Shown piece by piece: positions 57,160 through 64,000 of a stretch of 64,000 bases of DNA. The stretch is from Torpedo marmorata (taxonomy: Eukaryota), in contig OZ360220.1 of assembly GCA_977017645.1 (NCBI GenBank), positions 287,618,001 through 287,682,000 on the forward strand. Reading direction: 5' to 3'. The notes below the pieces were generated by a model that did no database searches, was not told the origin of the DNA, and saw only the letters and a list, made by a program, of their open reading frames with translations. Within the stretch, counting starts at the first letter, position 1, and each line of letters starts with the position of its first letter. Position numbers and translations under genes: made by a program.

Positions 57160-59340
57160 GTCAGGTTACTATTCATAGACCACAGCTCCGCCTTTAACAC
57201 AATAGTGCCAAGTAAATTCATCCCAAACTCCGTGACCTTGACCTCAGCATCCCCCTCTGCAATTGGATCTACAACATCCTGACCTGCAGATCACAATCAA
57301 TGAGGATTGGAGATTGCGCCTCCTCCACAATCATCTTCAACATGGAAGCCCCACAAGGCTGTGTACGCCCACCCCAACTATACTCCCTGCACACTCATGG
57401 ATGTGTGGCCAAACACTTCTCTAACTCCAACTATAAATTCGCAGATGACACAACCATCATTGGCAGGATCTCACCAATGATGAGTCAGAATATAGAAGGG
57501 AGATAGAGGGTTGAATGGCTTGCTGTCAAGACAACAACCTCTTCTTCAAGAAGTAAAACACGAAAATCTGTAGACACCATGGTTGAAGTAAAAATACGAT
57601 GTTGGAGAAACTCAGCTGCTCAAACAGTGTCCTTTAAATAGATTTCAGATTTATTGTCAGAGTACATACATGACATCACATACAACCCTGAGATTCCTTT
57701 TTACTGCAGACGCAGCAGAATTACCACTAATTTGTAGTGCAAAAAAAAACTGTACACAGCGTAAAACATGTAAACAAACAAAGAACTGTAAACAGATAAC
57801 AAATGTAAACAAACTGACTGTGCAATACAGAGAGAACAAAAGAAAATCAATAAAGTCCTTAAATGAGTCTCTGATTGAGTATGTGGTTGAGGAGTCTGAT
57901 GGTGGAGGGGTAGCAGCTGTTCCTGAACCTGTTGGTGCGAGTCTTGTGGCACCTATACCTCTTTCCTGATGGCAGCAGCGAGAACAGAGTGTGTGCTGTG
58001 GGTCTTTGATGATTGCTGCTGCTCTCCGACGGCAGCGTTCCCTGTAGATGTACACAATAGTGGGAAGGGTTTTGCCTGTGATGTCCAGGGCTGTGTCCAC
58101 TACCTTTTGGAGGGTTTTACGCTCAGGGGTATTGGTGTTTCCATACCAGACCGTGATGCAGCCGGTCAGCACACTTTCCACCACACCTCTGTAGAAATTT
58201 GCCAGGGTTTCTGGTGTCGTACCAAAGCTCCACAAACTCCTGAGGAAGTAGAGGCGCTGACGTGCTTTCTTCACAATGCCATTGGTGTGTTGGGTCCAGG
58301 AAAGATCCTCCGAGATAGTAACTCCCAAAAACTTAAATTTGCTCACCCTCTCCACCTCTGATCCCCCAATGATCACTGGATTGTATACCTCTGGTTTTCC
58401 CTTCCTGAAGTCAACAATCAGCTCCTTAGTTTTGGTGACATTGAGTGCAAGGTTGTTGTTGGTGCACCATTCAGCCAAGTTTTCAATCTCCATCCTGTAT
58501 GCTGACTCATCCCCTTCCTTTATACAACCCTCTACCGTGATATTGTCAGCAAATTTGTAGATGGTGTTATTGTCGTACCGAGCCACACAGTTGTCGGTGT
58601 AAAGTGAGTAGAGCAGGGGGCTAAGAACACAGCCCTGTGGTGCTCTGGTACTAATGGAGATTGTGGAGGAGAAGTTCTTACCAATCTTCTCTGATTGTGG
58701 TCTGGAGGTGAGGAAATCCATAATCCAATTACACAGTGGGGTGTTAACTCCCAGGTCTTGGAGTTTGCTGATCAGTTTTGAGGGGATGATGGTGTTAAAT
58801 GCCGAACTGTAGTCTGGCAGCTTTAATTTACACAGAGTAAACTTCTCCATCAATGGCCAAAAAAAAAACTTCACCAGTGCCTCTACTTTCTCAGAAGCCT
58901 GAGGAAACTTGGCATGTCACCTACATCCCTCAACAATTTCTACAGATGCACCATTGAAAGTAACCTCAGGATACATCACTGAAAGGTATAGGAACTGCTC
59001 TGCCCAAGACTGCAAGAAACTGCAGAGGATTGTGAACACAGCACAGAAGTAGCAAACATAGCCAGGTCCATCACAGGCTCCAACCTCCCATCCATTGAAG
59101 ACAACTACGTGAGGCGCTGCCTCAAGAAGGCAGCTGACATTATAAAGGACCTCCATCACCCAGGTCACAACCTCTTCTCTCTGCTGCCTTCAAAGCCTGA
59201 CGACAAGCACTTCTTGGTTCAAGAACATTTTTTTTCCAACAGCTATCAGGGTCTTGACTCTCCTCTTGTTGCACTAATCATGGACTGCTCCAACATCAAT
59301 AAAGAACTATCTGCACTATTGTAATGTAACTTTTTTTTCC
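57160..59340 (+). mobile_element. Degraded Rex1/Babar LINE interrupted by a Penelope tail (57549-57636, minus) and a younger Rex
   Basis: LLFIDHSSAFNT, APQGCV and KFADDT at 57160-57545, with the C-terminus RRCLKKAADIIKDLHHPGHNLFSLLPS at 58860-59260. Confidence 0.8.
57641..58814 (-). mobile_element. Rex1/Babar LINE, (AATCTGA)n tail family, 5'-truncated
   Basis: ORF 57657-58874 contains [28 protein letters not shown](N) and KFLG. The 3' UTR matches 1992-2230. Confidence 0.92.
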
Positions 59341-62300
59341 TTCAATTAAAATTCAATTGACAGATTCAATGACACGCCCCTCACCCCCAAATTACATGTG
59401 GGAAGTTCGTAAATCTCTCGAAGTACTGTTTTCATGTCTCTGGAATTTGATTACTCCCATTAACCTCAATTGTCATCTTCCATGCTGTCAGACTGTGCTT
59501 TGAAGGTTTCCTGGCCCATGGCACGTAGAAAAGCAACATTTACTTGTCCACTTCACACGCCAGTCTCACAGAGGAAGTCAGAAAACATCTCTGTCAACAA
59601 ATGGCAAGGTATCTAAAGTGACACCCATCACTTATTCCAACCTCAATACACCTTCATTTTTAAGAGGTGCAATAGTTTACTCAAATTGATACTAGCCTTT
59701 CAAGACATTGAGCTCTATGGGAATGTAATAAGGTCATAAGCATTGTAGTTATTGTTGACTAGTCAATGCACTGGGTATAAGGGGCACAGGATCCTGTGCA
59801 CTTAACCAGTTGTACTCCCCTTATTTGACTTTAATTGCTGTAAAGAAACAAAAATAATGTTAAAGAAATACAGAAGAAAGATAGTCATAATATGATGCAA
59901 GATTACAAGTAATCAAATTAAAGGGCAATCTCCTTTTGATCAGGTGATATTAACACTAATGGAAACCATGACATTTATTTTAAAGTGGAGAAAGCATGAA
60001 GTAATCTCTTCCACGATCATCCACCACAACTGCACCCCTATCTCTCCCCTTCAAAAAGCAGATGAGCAAGGACCAGTTGGAGATTAAAGTCATACAAATC
60101 TCAACCTGCCTCCAATACACCCTGAGTGGTTGTTTAAGAAAGAATTTGCTGAAGTATTTCTGGGCTCCAAGGTGAACCTCTATCTATCCTATCAAATGCC
60201 TTTATTTTAAAGTACTGAGGTAGAAATTTGACCTCAGTTGCTTGTGCTACATAAGTCACATGGAAACAGTCTCACATTGTATACCACTTTTGGAATTTGG
60301 TTCTACAGACTTTCATAAATAGAATTGTGAAGAAAAACAGAGTGTAAATGTTATTATGTAATGCATTAGTATGCGACTGTGGACAAATTTAAATTTATTA
60401 CACATTCTTATAATTTCATAATTTAAGATCCAATACCTGGTAAAGCTGAACTCTTCATCCTCCAAGGTCAAAATCTTCTTCCTAAAGTACAGTGTTCAGA
60501 ACTGAAAGCAATGTTTCACACAGAATCTGACCAAACCTCCATATAACTGCCTCCCTTTTGTACTCCTGCCACCCTGAGATAACGTGTCATGTGTCATTCA
60601 TTTGAGCTACTATATTAGCAGAATTTCATACTATTTGACAATGAAGTGATTTGAGTAAATGTGTTAGCAATAACTCATGCACATTAGGTGAATAAAAACC
60701 ATTTGTAGTGCATTGGGCAGAATTGGAATTCATTTTCCTCCTGCCCACTCTTTCAGTGATAAATGAACTGGATCGACTTCAGAAGGTAATTTTCTGCTCT
60801 CTAGCAGTCTCTGGTTACCTTCCTTACAGTTAAATACTTGAACAAGATGAGTGACTATTAGCTTACCAAAAGAAAACAAAGGAACAGATACTGCAGCCTA
60901 TTGAATATCAAAAGGAAAAGAATGCACACTGATTTCATGAAATTTTCAAACAGAAGTTTATCATCAGCAACTGGTTACTTTGCATGATGTGCTGAGATAT
61001 TTTAATGAATCTTCTACTTTTAAGATAAACTTAAAACAATTTTAAGGGATAGTAAATCAGAACAATGTACTCACAAATACAATTCATGTCATTAAAACTC
61101 CACATAAAATGCATGCATTAAGTAGAAAAATATAGCATTTGGGAATTACAACCATGGTATTGAGAATGGATGTTGCCTTGAATTTTCACAAAGTTTATTT
61201 TTGTGATTTATTCACAAAAGTTTTATTGCACAGCACAATGGTTTGCACATTATGCTGTAGAATGTTATCAAAACCTGACTGGTAAGCCAACTGGTAATTG
61301 TGCTGCTGCCCTTAGGCCACATGGGACACTTGAATGAATTAGAAATGGATTTTTGTACATATGGCAAAGATACAGTGGAGGGTGCTAGGTACGTGTAGCG
61401 ATGTCATAAGGTGCACAACACTCATTTTGACATAAATTGCATAAAATTGTATTTTGAAGACTTGTACCACAAATGTCATGAGATAGTAATTGGACGGTTA
61501 AAGTTGCCTTTGCTATTATTCAAAGGATGCGTGGATGGATGCAGTGGAGTCTAGCCCCATCCCATTCCATACAAGTTTTTCTTTAATTGTTCTTTCCTCC
61601 TGATTAACCCAACCCACACTGCTGCTTGTGTCTTCAGGGTCCTCAGACTGCTCCCCAAACACCTTCCCAATCACTCCTTTATTCACTTTGCTCCCTGCAG
61701 TCCTTTTCACCCACACCTCAAATCACTCCAGAACTCCATTTTTATTGCCCACAATAGCAGGAAATTATGAGTGAGTAGCTTGTATATTTTATCCTGTGTA
61801 AGATCTAACACCTTAATTCTGATGCACAGTAGAATATTGTGGGCTAGGGCCTGATGTGCATTACTGTCTTGGTACAATCTCAAGGACAATGGATTTTGCA
61901 CTTGTTTCTTCAATAGTATCTTAAGCCAACTAAGACAGCTATTCAGAACAAATTAAAAGAAAATTGTCCACTAGTTACCCACATGTACTTTACCCATCCC
62001 TATATTTTTGTGAACACCTCGTTCTGTAGTGCAAATGCTTTGTATTTGACTGTGAAAGGAAACATTGATGCGAACGGGGCCCAAATGTATTCAACCAATT
62101 GGGCTGAATGAATGTGACCATCACTGAGCAAGTGAGTGAATGACCCTCCCCCATTAGCTACAAATGATGGTTTCCATCTTCAGTGCTGAAGTGGCAAATG
62201 GATCAGGAGAATCACCACCACATTATAGAAACTGACATACGTTTGGTTTGATTGATTTCAATGGAAATGTCAATTGGGAGGCTTTTGCAATATGTGGGCA

Positions 62301-62969
62301 TCTTTCAAAAATTTTACCGCCCATTTGTTTCCATGGTTAGAACATTAACAGTCTAAAAGATCACAGCAGATACAATACTAAAATAATTTACTTTTGTCTG
62401 TGCAAAATTCTGATCTGGGTGACATATTTAAAAAACTTAGAATTTCTTATTGGTCATTTCAAGTTTGCAAAATCTTATCTCATCAGCAATCATCATTGGC
62501 AATCTCACACATGTTGACTTTGTTGCACCCTTTTGTTATATCCTCTACAGTGTACTGAACTACAAACACGTACCATTTGGTTGAGGATGAAATGATTTTC
62601 TATTATTGTGTTCACAAGACTACAGAGAAAGAAGAGTTACCACTTCTTCTTTTATTGCTTTGATTTGCATGTCTTAAAACAAATCTCAATATTGGCAATG
62701 CTCTATTATATCGTATTTTCAGCCACTCTCCCACTGATCGCTGTCAGTACAGTATTTAAGTTCCACATGAGATCCCTTTAATATTTCAAAATATTAGCAA
62801 ACTTTTGAGGCCATTTCTTCTGATTGCTAAAGTCTAGTTTTCTTTGTTCATTGCTAAGAAATATATATTCATTTCATACAGTTTTTCCTCTTGGATCTTT
62901 TAATTAATCTTTCAAAAGTCAGTAACTAATAAGTTTCATAAGTGATATTTTTGTGACAAGATATTTTCA

Positions 62970-64000
62970 CAGAATGATATGAAGATCAATAGATTTCTAT
63001 CTAAAATCACTTTACCTAAATTGAATGTTCAAAGTAAATATTCTTTGGATTTACCTTTTACGATGAGAGAAGTTACTGAAGCAATATCGACGTTGAAAAG
63101 TGGTAAATCTCCGGGTGATGACGGGTTTCCAGTAGAATTTTATAAAGAATTTAAAGATTTATTGATACCTTTATATATGGAGGTATTGAATCAAGTCACT
63201 GAAACTCATTTATTACCGAAGACATTTTTAAATGCTATAATTACGGTTATACCAAAGAAAGATAGAGATGTGTTGAAAACTGAGTCTTATAGGCCTATTT
63301 CATTGTTAAATGTTGATTATAAAATAATGGCGAAAATTTTAGCAAATAGATTAGCTAAATATTTACCAAATTTAATACATTCAGATCAAGCTGGATTTAT
63401 TAAAAATAGATATTCGAAAGATAATATAGCTAGACTGATAAGTTTGATTAATGTATATAAGAAGAAACAAGATTTACCATTGGTGGTAACATTGGATGCA
63501 GAGAAGGCATTTGATAGAGTAGAGTGGAATTTTTTATTTAAAGTTCTGGAAAATTTGGATTTGGAGATAACTTTATAAATTGGATTAAAACTATATATAA
63601 AGAACCTACGGCTAAAGTAGTTACAAATGGACAAATATCGCAAAAATTTTTGTTATCAAGATCAACACAACAGGGATGTCCTTTGTCACCTGCTTTGTTT
63701 GTCTTGGTAATAGAACCTTTAGCTGAAATGATTAGAGAAGATATAAATATAATGGGAATAAAAGTTGGTAGGGAGGAACATAAGATTAGTTTATTTGCAG
63801 ATGATGTATTAATATATATGACGAAATCTGTTGCATCACTTCAACAATTGGCTACTATATTGACAGAATATGGTGAGATATCAGGATATAAAATTAATTC
63901 AGATAAAAGTGAGATTTTGGCTTTATCTCAAGGGGATTATACTAGATGTAAAGAAGTTACAGACTTTAAATGGACTACAGAGAGTATTAAATATTTGGGA
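62970..64000 (+). mobile_element. L1-clade LINE ORF2 fragment running off the window end
   Basis: KSPGDDGF, YRPISLLNVDYKI, DQAGFI, DAEKAFD, QGCPLSP and FADD. Related to 46548-48480, with a frameshift near 63555. Confidence 0.92.

Noticed and set aside
59480-59625. Harbinger-like transposase remnant (also considered for 51950-52620)
   Set aside because: Only vague resemblance, with no TIRs, TSD or catalytic motifs.

Overview
This is 64 kb of AT-rich vertebrate nuclear DNA. It is most likely from a shark or ray, inferred from HE1/V-SINE-like and SacSINE1-like SINEs and the CR1, Rex and Penelope families present. I recognise no host exon, so it looks intergenic or intronic, and roughly half of it is transposable elements. 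These comprise two long CR1 LINEs that host nested insertions, several Rex1/Babar LINE families (one with an uninterrupted ORF of about 650 codons), two L1-clade copies (one with a twin-priming 5' inversion), a full-length Gypsy element (LTRs, tRNA-Trp PBS, gag, -1 frameshift signal, pol), five solo LTRs of two families, a POGK-like pogo transposon, a hAT-type MITE and several Penelope-like insertions carrying minimal hammerhead-ribozyme motifs. Four things stand out. (1) A 5S rRNA-derived SINE with a Rex1/Babar-type tail at 14545-14772. (2) A 245-bp non-coding Penelope derivative at 47192-47436 that is an almost perfect 219-bp palindrome with two back-to-back hammerheads. (3) Penelope junctions suggesting both target strands primed on the element 3' end. 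(4) A four-level TE nest at 39340-51407. All alignments were done by eye and family names are from recalled motifs, not database searches.
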